DNA of 63,914 nucleotides, counting the filler, from Polymyxa betae A26-41 (taxonomy: Eukaryota; Protista; Endomyxa: Phytomyxea): assembly GCA_003693705.1 (NCBI GenBank). It is 5 parts of 5 records of this genome, joined end to end, with 100 filler letters (N's around TTAATTAATTAA, not from the genome) between each part and the next. Parts side by side here need not be neighbours in the genome. Positions count along the whole stretch, not along the records: positions 20,825 to 41,657 come from RBZT01000698.1; positions 41,758 to 55,301 come from RBZT01000251.1; 3 more parts are not named here. One strand, given 5' to 3'. A program made the position numbers and the translations under genes. The stretch's first letter is position 1; each line of letters starts with the position of its first letter. Positions 38,951 to 48,882 of this stretch are shown in pieces. Below the pieces are notes generated by a model, which was given only the letters and a program-made list of their open reading frames with translations, was not told the origin of the DNA and ran no database searches.

Positions 38951-39530
38951 CTACAACCCCTCAAGACGATTCCGTATAGATGGGAGGTCTTCGCAGTCAA
39001 TAGTGTGTGTCTTAAAATCTTCGGACATCGACATGATAATAAGGTGGAGCGCCATCTGATGACGGCGCTCCCAATCATCGATTTCGGCCTGGGATTCGGC
39101 CTGGGATCCGGGTGGAACCGGGTGTGAGGCCTGTGTCCGGACGGAGTTCAAGTACATCGTCGCGCGGATAAGTTCACCTTCGGCAGCAGTAAACTCCGAG
39201 ATGACTGTCGCGTCGTCCGGGGTGTCAGTATGAGCTCGATGGGCTGCGGCGTAACGTGATGTCGCGGAGTTGACCTGACGTAGGGCTGTCTCCAAGTTGG
39301 GGGCGGTCGTTGGAACGACCGAGCTGCTTAGTCTTGGGCGGGGTTCAGAGCCCGTCATGATGCCGTACGCATTGAGACGTTTGAGCCCATCATGACTTCT
39401 CGTCGCCATATATGCCAGTTGCTGTCGTTGAGAGTACACGACGTGAGCTGGATGGCGGTCACTTTGCTTTCCTGCATGGTTGACGCTCGTGTCGAAACGG
39501 GGACAGCCGTCGCGCTCTGGGCCAATAACC

Positions 39531-39745
39531 TGATGAAGTAGTCGAGACTACGATAACGGTGTGAACGCAGATGGAATGAAAACAGAGTGACTGTGTTATA
39601 TCGTGTACATCCGGGCCAGTACGCCCGGGCGACAGTAAAGATGAGCAGGAAATTAGCCCGAGTGCGCCGTGGCGGAAGAGGACTGGACAGCATTGAGGTC
39701 GCCGGGAAGGTGAGACGCGGCCTCCGATTCATCTCGCCCTCGACA
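39531..39745 (-). repeat. Copia 5' LTR
   Basis: Matches the 3' LTR; followed on the minus strand by the copia-type PBS GGTTATTGGCCCAG. Confidence 0.95.
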
Positions 39746-39852
39746 GTTTTGAATGCAACTTACCATTTGCTGGACGGATTTGATATGCAAAATCGTACCT
39801 ATGCCATTAGAAGATGTGATCGCATGGGGAAAATAATCGGATCCAAAAAGGA

Positions 39853-39936
39853 TGCTTTCGATGGGATTTGAACCCAAGCCCTCTGACGAGGATCCGAACT
39901 TGAGTCGGACGCCTTGGACCGCTCGGCCACAAATGC
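39853..39936 (-). tRNA. tRNA-Leu(CAA), second copy, possibly degenerating
   Basis: Differs from 23216-23299 at 3 positions; two break pairing (acceptor-stem A:A, T-stem T:T). Confidence 0.85.
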
Positions 39937-41600
39937 AACTCGTATAGATAGTGTGATTACACCATGTCAGTTACAAATTAACTCGTCACCACCTTGAACC
40001 TTTGAAGGAAGATGTGTATTTAGTGATGGAAGAGTTGGTAATGTAAGTGACTATTGAATCACTATAAATTGAAGCAGTCATCTTAGCGGCGAATGTTAAC
40101 AGCTGTCTTGATGCCACATTAATCAATAAATTGTTATTGGCAATGAGACACACGAATCGGACCTTTCGACATCGACGATCGACGACTTGTTTTCATTGAT
40201 CTCGATAATGTTGTAATACTTTGAGTTCCTTCCTAAAAAGGCCAAGAAGCTTGGGTTTGCATATACGCTTTCCCCTACCGCGTCCTGAATTCAATTGATA
40301 AAGACAATCTAATCAGTTCACCATTAACAGCCTGTGTGCGGTCAGATTTTAATGTCAGGATCTTCGCTCTCTTATTGTTTTTGCTTCTGCCTGATAGTTT
40401 TGTATTCACGTATCAGATGTTCATTAACAATCAGAAGACTCATCACAGCTGGATTATGTTCGCCCAGCTGATTACCAAGTTTGCGAATATTGTGACGATG
40501 TAAGAATTGCAATACATTAGGACTGACAGTATACAGTTAGCCGGATCTTTGAAGTCCGCGCGGAGTCCTTGAAAGCTCTTCCAGCTTGAGTCTTGCTCAA
40601 ATTGGATCTAAGCGGGTTTTTTGGGGCGGGATGACGCAGTCCTTAGCTGAGTCGCATGATCAAATTCCTTGATTAGATGTCTGCACACTTTGCGAAACCT
40701 GATTTGACAGAAATTAAGGCTGTGGTCAAAATGTTTGCTGGGAATTACGTACCTCGAAGACATATTCGCACAGCAATGACGTCTTGTTTGCCCAGCTGCG
40801 GAGTTCTTCCGGTGTTTGAAGCTAAGTGAGCTGCATCATCTGTAAATGTGCACTTATAGCAAAGATGAATATCTGCTTAATATACTGCATGCATATGATT
40901 TAGGGAAGATAATTGCGCTGGCTGGGCTTTTTATACATCCGACCGTCGTCTGGTATATCTAGCTTCATTTCTGTTTGCTTCCCAACGATTGAGAATGTTG
41001 ATGAACTTAAAAAAAATGCGCATATCCATCAGTTGTTAGTTGTTACAAATCACAAATTTCTGGTTCATCTGCGTTGGTCACTCGCAAGGCAACAGATAGA
41101 CTCACAGCAAGCATAGCCCTGTCCTTCAATCTGCAGACACCACAGCATTTAATGCTTCCATTTTTGATCCGGTCTGATTTTGCAATTATTATCAAATATC
41201 AAACCCAGGAAGATACTGCAGAAGTATTACAGTACTTGACAAAGCTCGGGAAAACCAGGATTACTGTTAGGTCGGATCCTGTGAAATTGCCGGCCTAAGC
41301 TGTTCGGCATGATGATTGAGAAGCAGTCGATCAGATCGACGACGTGCGACCGTACGCGATCCAGTACGAAGTCCGTGATTCTTATACTTTGAAACTGACT
41401 TTATTAAGCAATTCATTCTGCTACTTACATAACAAAGCGAACGAATGCTGCCCCGAATTATTGTCTTCACTGAGAACAGGTTCTTATGATAAGAACAATG
41501 GACAGCAACCATTATTGTAGAGAAAATAAGTATGATATATTAGAATACCTATTAAGAGCGCATTGGATGGTGTGAATACATATGATGCTGGTGAATAATA

Positions 41601-41657
41601 TCAACCACCGAAACCATAGATGGTCTTGCCTTGGCGTTTCAGGGCGTATACAACATC
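41601..41657 (-). CDS. H4: Histone H4, 3' end (partial at contig edge)
   Basis: Reverse complement translates DVVYALKRQGKTIYGFGG* (TGA stop). Confidence 0.95.
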   Translation of the reverse strand, partial: DVVYALKRQGKTIYGFGG

Positions 41658-41757
41658 NNNNNNNNNNNNNNNNNNNNNNNNNNNNNNNNNNNNNNNNNNN
41701 NTTAATTAATTAANNNNNNNNNNNNNNNNNNNNNNNNNNNNNNNNNNNNNNNNNNNN
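41658..41757. other. Artificial contig-joining linker
   Basis: N44-TTAATTAATTAA-N44. Confidence 0.98.
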
Positions 41758-41999
41758 GAAAAGGCGACTCGGATGGAGGCCGACTCATGGCTCACCCCTG
41801 CCTGTGACGCCACTGAGATACCGTTGTCCGTGGATGGCGAGGACGGTGTCCGTTTTCTCATCCGCAGTTCTTATAACTGTGAAGGCTAGGAGAGTTCACT
41901 TCTCCTGTTGTAATGCGGTAACAAGCTATATACAAAAATACAGTTCTATTGTTTGTTGTTATATCGTGTCTATCGATTGTAGGCTTGGGATATGGTGGA

Positions 42000-42617
42000 C
42001 GGTGACGAGACTACGAGGCAGAGCTCGGGCAACTCCCCACATGGCGCCGGTTCGGCGGTTTCGGGCTATAGCTCTCAACAAAACGGATTCCTGAACAGAG
42101 GTTGAACATAAAAAGAGTTCCAGATTCAGAGGGGTAGATACACTTGGCAGTGGAAGGAGTTGCGGAATGGTCCAGGATTCCTGTACGACCTGATCCTATA
42201 TAGGGATGTATCAGTGTTGGTGAATGGGAGCAGACTGAGAACAGCATACAGCAGAGGTTGTGAGCTGTCCGAAAGATCCTACAGAACAGTGAGCTGAACA
42301 TCTGGTGGCAAACACCGCCTTACATGGGAAGATTCCCCCAAGTTGGGAATACTGGTCGCAGAGTCCCTTTGAGAGAGGCCATCAATATGGTGATCGGATT
42401 CATAGAGCGCCCTCTGAGAGCTCTGAACAGGCTCGATATCGGTCTCAGCCAAGCTCTATCATACATTTAATAAGATTGTCAAATACCAGATCGAATACCT
42501 CGGGCTCATCGGCGACCGCCTTGCCGTACTGGTCCCGGAGAAGTATTGGCGAAGCCTCGGCTGTATTCGCGGCATAAGCAGCGACCAGTATGACGGCGGA
42601 GACGCAGAAGGAATCAT
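42000..42617 (-). CDS. Multi-exon secreted hypothetical protein (3' end uncertain)
   Basis: Signal-like FCVSAVILVAAYAANTAEA-SP (needs +1 nt after the ATG). Two ~43-45-nt GT..AG introns join open exons. Confidence 0.4.
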
Positions 42618-43467
42618 TTCTGTCAAAAGACGACGAAAACAAATTCGGATTGAGTTAAGCACATTGCGTAGTCCGAAAATCACGGGCGACGCGGAAGGAG
42701 ATTTTGTGCGTGAGGAGGCTGCGCCAATTTCAACCGATCGATTGCGATCAAAATGTGATGACTCTGAGAGGGGGCTGAAGGGGTTAAAGAGTCCACGATT
42801 CCGATCCCATATATTCTCCGTAGCATTTTGAATAAGATCAATTTTGAAATTTTCGGCACAATCTGATTATGATACGCTTATGAAAAGCAGCACTTGAGCT
42901 CTAACCAAAAGCTGAAAAACAGCAAATCGATCTATCTGCCGATGTGATTTCGCAGGTAAATTAACAGCTGATCTGCGAGATACAAATACACGATATTGGT
43001 TGCTCAAGGATTCTATCAAACTTTCAATTGCCTGAAGGCTTTAAGAGTTCTTATTCTGCAAGCTGCAAATATGGTCAATACGGCCTAAAAAAAGCAGCGA
43101 TATTTGGAGCCAGAAATTCAAGGATTTTATTGTCATATCACAGAATTTGAAATGTAGCTCATCTGATCCTTAGCGCTCCTGAAATGGTTTTACTTTCCTT
43201 ATATGTCGACGCCTGTTATTGATGATAATAGCAATTCCTTCATGGAGAATTTTATGAGACCACACATTGACCAGGAGGTCCCGCACTGGACGTCCACGAA
43301 AATCACATTTTTTCAAAATCTGTTGAGCGGCCTTCTCGAAAACTGTCAAGTAGTTCACTTCTCAACAAAATACTGTCAGATCTGAGCAAAAACTGCGCGC
43401 AGTATTGCAGATAGCGGAATCATTTCGCCGCGCCGAATTCCCTCTAATAGAGTTAATTGGCCAGGAA

Positions 43468-45656
43468 ATGGTTGGCCCAGCCATTGTCTTAATCAGCCTA
43501 TCGGTGTGCTTGGCTGCATTCAGCTCTGTGCCTAGTAATGTTACAGACTATCTTGAAGAGACTCCTGTTACTTCTGTCTCTCCTGCAGACTTCCATACAG
43601 AGCCCCGAGTATGATCGCTGTCCCAGATTGAAGCCACCTCTGTTTAATATGTTTTATAGGAACCGATTTTCTATGATTCATATCCAGTCCAGAATTATTC
43701 GGATCTTCCCAGTTTCCACAACTTCTTTGATCCCTCATTTGATTTTGATCTGAATGTAGATTTTGATGTATGAAAAGATAACATAACTATGATATTATGA
43801 AATCGATTTTTGTCTCAGATATTCACTGATATTGGATCGTTATCAACACCAACAGCTTTATTACATCCTACAGATAGAGTCCCGGCTTTACCTCCTATTC
43901 AGGAATCTATCAATGTAATGTTTCCTTATCAAGTTTCATGTCTTAAAAAATCTCTGAGATTTTTATAATTAGAATGATGAACCAGCTGAATCTATCTCTC
44001 GGAAACGTCCTCGTGATGACAAAACATCATCGTCATCCGACTTCTTGTTCCCCTTCAATCCTGATGCGACAGATATCCTGACTATAACAGTCTCTGCAAA
44101 TTTCTGGTGAATTTCTAGAAGCTGTTCTGTCCTGCTGTATATTGACTATAGATTAGATCAAAGATCCGAATGATGAAGAACTTCGTTTTCTGTCTTCAGA
44201 GCTCGATCGTGATACAGATCAATGTTCTACGATCGACGGTCCATTATTTAATTACAACGGACATGATCATGATTTGAGTGAACTCTACCGAATCCGTCCT
44301 GCTCCTAACACCCTACAAAAACTGATTTTGGTTGCGAATCTGTATCGGAAATTGACGTGGATCACCCGCGAGCATGAAGTGCCTTGGACGACGAAAGGTG
44401 GGAAATTCCAGATCTGGATGTATCTGGTGTGTCGTCCGGTATTACGATGTGTCGTGGAATGCTGTCAGAAAGATCTCCCGAGATTTCAAACACGCTGGGG
44501 GAATCCCTTCTGTCATTGGAAACTCAACAAACTATGTTCCAGGAATGAATGCCGATCAAAACTGTTAACTACCGATCCGAATCAGGTCCGAGACGACATT
44601 TTTCCTGATTCAGAGATTGAGACAAATCCCGTAAAACGGATGAAATTTAGTTCGCCTCCAAAGAATCTCGCTCTGCCAATCTTTAGCCCTTTTCCTGATT
44701 TTCTGAACCTGTTTGATTTTGGTGTGGAAAAGGTCACAGACTACACTATTCTGTGCGCTTTTCTGGTGAGTTTTCTCCATATTGAATGCGGAATCTCACC
44801 TGAAAATTGTCATTCAGAAAAAGCGGCCTGATGATGACGAGTACGCGTTTCTTCCTGATACGAACAAATTGATCAAATCAAATGGGAGAAAACGCGCCCC
44901 AAAAAAACCGGTCGTTATCAAAGTTCTCGATGATGAGCTCGTATTGACCGAAACGTCGGAAATTTCGACCTCGAAGACCACGTTAGAGAAGTTGATCTTG
45001 GTGGCCAGTTTATGACTACGAATAATTCGGGCCAAGATTACCGACCCGAAATCGAATCTGAAGCGTGATCGCTATGATAACTGGGTCCAGCGAACATGTT
45101 ATTCGGTACTTTCGTGTGTTCGAATATGCTGTGAGAATGATCTTCGGGTTTTTCAATGTCGATGGGGAAATCCGTTTGCGCATAGTCATTTTGGGGAGCT
45201 TTGTTCTAGGTTCAACGACAAGAGTAATCGGTGCGGATTTGTGACTCGCATTCTCTCTGACAATAAGAAATACTCCATCAAATCACAACTAGTTCGTGAT
45301 AGAGGAGGCCTTGGTCATTGTCTGTTGAAATATTCGATGAAAGGATTTGGAACGGTATTACTGTGATCGAGTTTTTTTTGTATTTTCTGAAGATACCACA
45401 GAAGATCATGCTCGAGTGTATTCAGCGAATGAAACTTTACCTGAACAAGTGGCGGAATCTGAAACATTCACCTGATTTGAGTGAATACCGCCATGATTCT
45501 CTAAATCCAATATTGTACTGTCTTAAACATCATTGTAATAATGATGTCGATTATTTCTCTCATATATTTGGACATTCTATAGATCATTATCAATTTCAAC
45601 AGAATTACTGTCCTGGACCTACTGGACAATGTCCTGCTCTATCTGCAGGATGCTAA
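43468..45656 (+). CDS. Multi-exon secreted protein with NLS-like motifs and three copies of a Cys/His domain
   Basis: Signal peptide MVGPAIVLISLSVCLAAFSS; RKRPRDD, PVKRMKF, GRKRAPKK; three aligned repeats; in-frame TGA at 45013. Confidence 0.6.
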
Positions 45657-46263
45657 CAGAAGTATCTCATCAATAAAAGAGTGATAAAGTGGCTCAGATT
45701 TAGCCGAAAGAATCGTTTTCTTGAGACACACCGTAATCGCGAATCTGCGGGAAACAGTCCAGTACGACGGTGACTGCGTGGAGCATGATGAGAAGTTCCA
45801 GCACCAACCAAAACGCCGCAGGGATCGCAGCCAAATTCGTGGAAGAATTCGAAACTCCTGCATCCGGTTGGAGCAGAGGCAGGCTGGCGCCTCCCAGCCA
45901 GGCGGAGTGCGTCAGCCCCGTACTGGTCCCTTGTTGCAGTTTCATGACTTCTTCATGTCTGTTCGGGTAGATTGTCAAAAGCCAACAGGATTCATATCTT
46001 CATTGCGAAGCGCAAAAAATAATCAACCTGCTTTTCCCCTAATGAGACACAGTTCAAAAACGAGTTCGATTAGTCCCGAGGACTGGCGACACCTGTTTAT
46101 TACTGTGAGCTGAGGTCGAAGTCTGGACAGTACGACAGTATGCAGAAAGTCTTTGTGAAGCGTTGCAGTTCGACAATCTGGCAGCACCGATCGGAATTTT
46201 GAGCAAAGCATTCGAATGACGCCTCGGGAAGGCATTCGAGAGCGTGTCTATTGGTCGATATCG

Positions 46264-47226
46264 TCATGGCTTGTTCATGAGATCGTCAGAAGACCGACAG
46301 CCCGAATGTTTATTCGCGATTTGGCGGTCGGAGATCAGATCCGCCATCGGCGACGAAAGATTGGCAAGCAAATCGAATTCGGTCGAATCGATCGTTTTCA
46401 CATCCGGCGGCGCCGGCTCCGGCAGACCCAGCACACATCCGGATCGTTGCTTATGGAAAGCCATTCCCCAGACCGGATCGCGGACAAGCTTCCCGCATTG
46501 GCAAGCGTACGCACCGATCGACATCGCTTCCAGCAGAGTCCATTTATGCTCCTTGTGCTGCGTTCGCCCATGATGATAGACATTGGTCACCAAATCTCCG
46601 CAAACTGGACATTTGACGCCATCACGAGCGGAATCATCGGCAACTTTGTCCGCTAAGCCTTGACGACAGCCGGTATGCGCTCTATGCATTTTGAGAGCGT
46701 TCTTGCTGTTTCGAATTACTGCTCCACAAGCGCAGGCAAAGGCGCCGATCGCCTCAGCTTGCTGTGCGGTCCAATGATGACCGGAATGCATCATTTTTGC
46801 ATGCTGAAAGACGTCGGTGCCTTTGTTCTTGCGACAAACGGGACAGAGAGGCAATGGGGAATCCGATCGAGGGCGTTTCGCGGCGGATTTGACGACGGCG
46901 GCTTTGGATTTGACACCGACGGCGTTGGTCGCTTCGAATTTGACAGAAAGGTCTTCTCGGCAGCCGGATTTCGCCCGATGGACGGCCATGCCTTGGCCGT
47001 CGTTACGAACAAGGGTGCCGCAGGAGCAGGCGAACGACCCGATCGCTTTGGCTTGCTCCAGCGTCCAATGATGCTTGGCATGGGTCTGCTTGGCGTGGTA
47101 ATAGATATTCGGTTTGGACTTGTTGCAGACAGGACAGATGCCGGGGCTCGGGCCGTCCGACGATGCTGCTTCGACAGGATCGAGGGCGTCATCGGCCGAC
47201 GACATCAGCTGTGTCTCTGCCTCCAT
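46264..47226 (-). CDS. Protein with three tandem double zinc-finger modules (C2H2 + CxC..H..GC)
   Basis: Intact ORF with three ~59-aa repeats CPVC...H....H...WT...A..IG..AC.CG...R.......H....GC and an NLS-like AKRPRS. Likely ATG at 47226. Confidence 0.85.
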   Translation of the reverse strand: MEAETQLMSSADDALDPVEAASSDGPSPGICPVCNKSKPNIYYHAKQTHAKHHWTLEQAKAIGSFACSCGTLVRNDGQGMAVHRAKSGCREDLSVKFEATNAVGVKSKAAVVKSAAKRPRSDSPLPLCPVCRKNKGTDVFQHAKMMHSGHHWTAQQAEAIGAFACACGAVIRNSKNALKMHRAHTGCRQGLADKVADDSARDGVKCPVCGDLVTNVYHHGRTQHKEHKWTLLEAMSIGAYACQCGKLVRDPVWGMAFHKQRSGCVLGLPEPAPPDVKTIDSTEFDLLANLSSPMADLISDRQIANKHSGCRSSDDLMNKP

Positions 47227-47235
47227 ATAAACATA

Positions 47236-47465
47236 ATCAGAGTCAGCAGGTGGGCTGCGCAGAAGGCCGCGCCACTGACAATACACTGAGCTATGGAATC
47301 TTCTGACAGGCAGTGAAGAGCCTTTAATTCGATTCTCTATTGTTTCGATGAGATGGGATTCAAGAATCAGTCAGGCGGTGGGCTGCGCCGAATGACGCGC
47401 CATTGACAGTACACTGAGTTATGGAGCCTTCTGACAGGCAGTGAAGCTTAAATTCGATTCTGTAT
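47236..47465. repeat. Imperfect tandem duplication, period ~128 bp
   Basis: GGTGGGCTGCGC...ACACTGAG.TATGGA..CTTCTGACAGGCAGTGAAG at 47249 and 47377. Confidence 0.85.
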
Positions 47466-47526
47466 TAATTCGTAGCCGATTAGCATTTCCTCGTTGTCTT
47501 TACGTGTTCTATTGGTGTTGCATAAA

Positions 47527-47652
47527 GTATTATTTTGGTTTCTTTAAGTTTCCCATTGAAGCATCCATTGGTCGCTCGGCCAATGGATTGTATTATTTTG
47601 GTTTCTTCAAGTTTCCCATTGAAGCATCCATTGGTCGCTCGGCCAATGGATT
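47527..47652. repeat. Near-perfect 63-bp tandem duplication containing a hairpin
   Basis: Units 47527-47589 and 47590-47652 (one mismatch); each has ATCCATTGGTC-GCTC-GGCCAATGGAT. Confidence 0.9.
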
Positions 47653-48882
47653 GGGGATTGTCTATTCCAGCATACAGCGAAATGTCAGATATTTTCCCTG
47701 GATCGATTATTTCGGATTCTGACGGAAATTGTGTGATTCACGAATCAATAAATTTTGCAATCGTTTTGATGGGAAATAGGAGCAGCGATCTTTTAATGAC
47801 GAGTTGAAATTAATGGAGTAACTGGTGTCAATTTTTAAAACATACTAAACGAGATTATTTTCAAAGGGTCATCCGCTCTGCAACCACTGATCCTGATGAT
47901 GTCGACAATAATAGCAAACTGCTGGCTGCGTTTCGGCCACCAAAGGACGGTAGTGTGCTCACTGTTCGGCAAACTCATCCACATAATAATCTTACTGCTT
48001 TTGCGAATCTCCGCTGTTTGTTCATCGGTCAGAACAGTTCGGAGGCGATTTTTTTCTATCTTATTAACTATTATGCTGCTCACCTTCAGTCTTACAATTT
48101 GATAAAATGCCAAAAGCGTTGCGGAGGTAATCTCTCTCCTCTCTCTCTCTTATCATTTCCTCCCATTTGCGTCGCTTCTGACTCTAGAATTTTTCATCAT
48201 GGAAACCAGGAACCAACCAGCGCAACGCAAAGTTGTTCGTTTGAAACGGATGCTGTTTCCAATTGTTTGCGACATCCAGCATGACCCGTATAATCTTCTT
48301 CATAATTTATTGAAAGTGTCGCCACTTCTAAAGGCGCAGATGACTATACAATATGACAAGGTCCTTCATCCTGTTACAAACCTGGGCCATGGCATCAAGA
48401 AAGTCTGAGAGGATTTCTCTCCCTGTTTTAACCACGGATATTCGTGGCAATCCTATACTCGTCCAAGAAGGATTGCAGCGAAGTAGTCAAAGCATCAGTG
48501 CCATTTCAGATATTCAAATTGGCACAATCGAAGTGCTTTATAGCCGAGCTCCTACATAATCGTCGTCGCCCTGAAGCGCTTTGTAACTAAATTTGTTCAG
48601 AAGCCTGAAGCGGGCTGTCGCATTCGCGAGGCGTTTTGACGGCTTCGACCTACGCTCTTTCCATAGACAGAGGCGTCGTTCACAATGACCTATAATTATC
48701 GACGTCTCCACTGACAAAGTGGCCTTCTGACATCTGTCGTCCAATGTGACAGACAGACGCTCACAGATAGAAAACCCTAACAAATGACAGCAGAAAAAAC
48801 GTCAATTTTGCTCGCGAGTGTTCTGAATACAGATTTCGCATTATAAAGCTGCCAACCATTTGTATTGGGTCCTATAAGGACT

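Larger units (their letters stand above)
34784..39745 (-). mobile_element. Ty1/Copia LTR retrotransposon with two LTRs and a 5-bp TSD (GTTTT); non-autonomous and chimeric
   Basis: TG...CA LTRs at 34784-34986 and 39531-39745. GTTTT at 34779-34783 and 39746-39750. PBS GGTTATTGGCCCAG and PPT GAGGGAGAG. Has gag, protease (WIVDTGAT) and RT/RNase H. Confidence 0.95.

Noticed and set aside
40760-40850. Histone-fold-like peptide DDAAHLASNTGRTPQLGKQDV on the minus strand
   Set aside because: Too short, and another frame looks equally coding-like; it cannot be supported.
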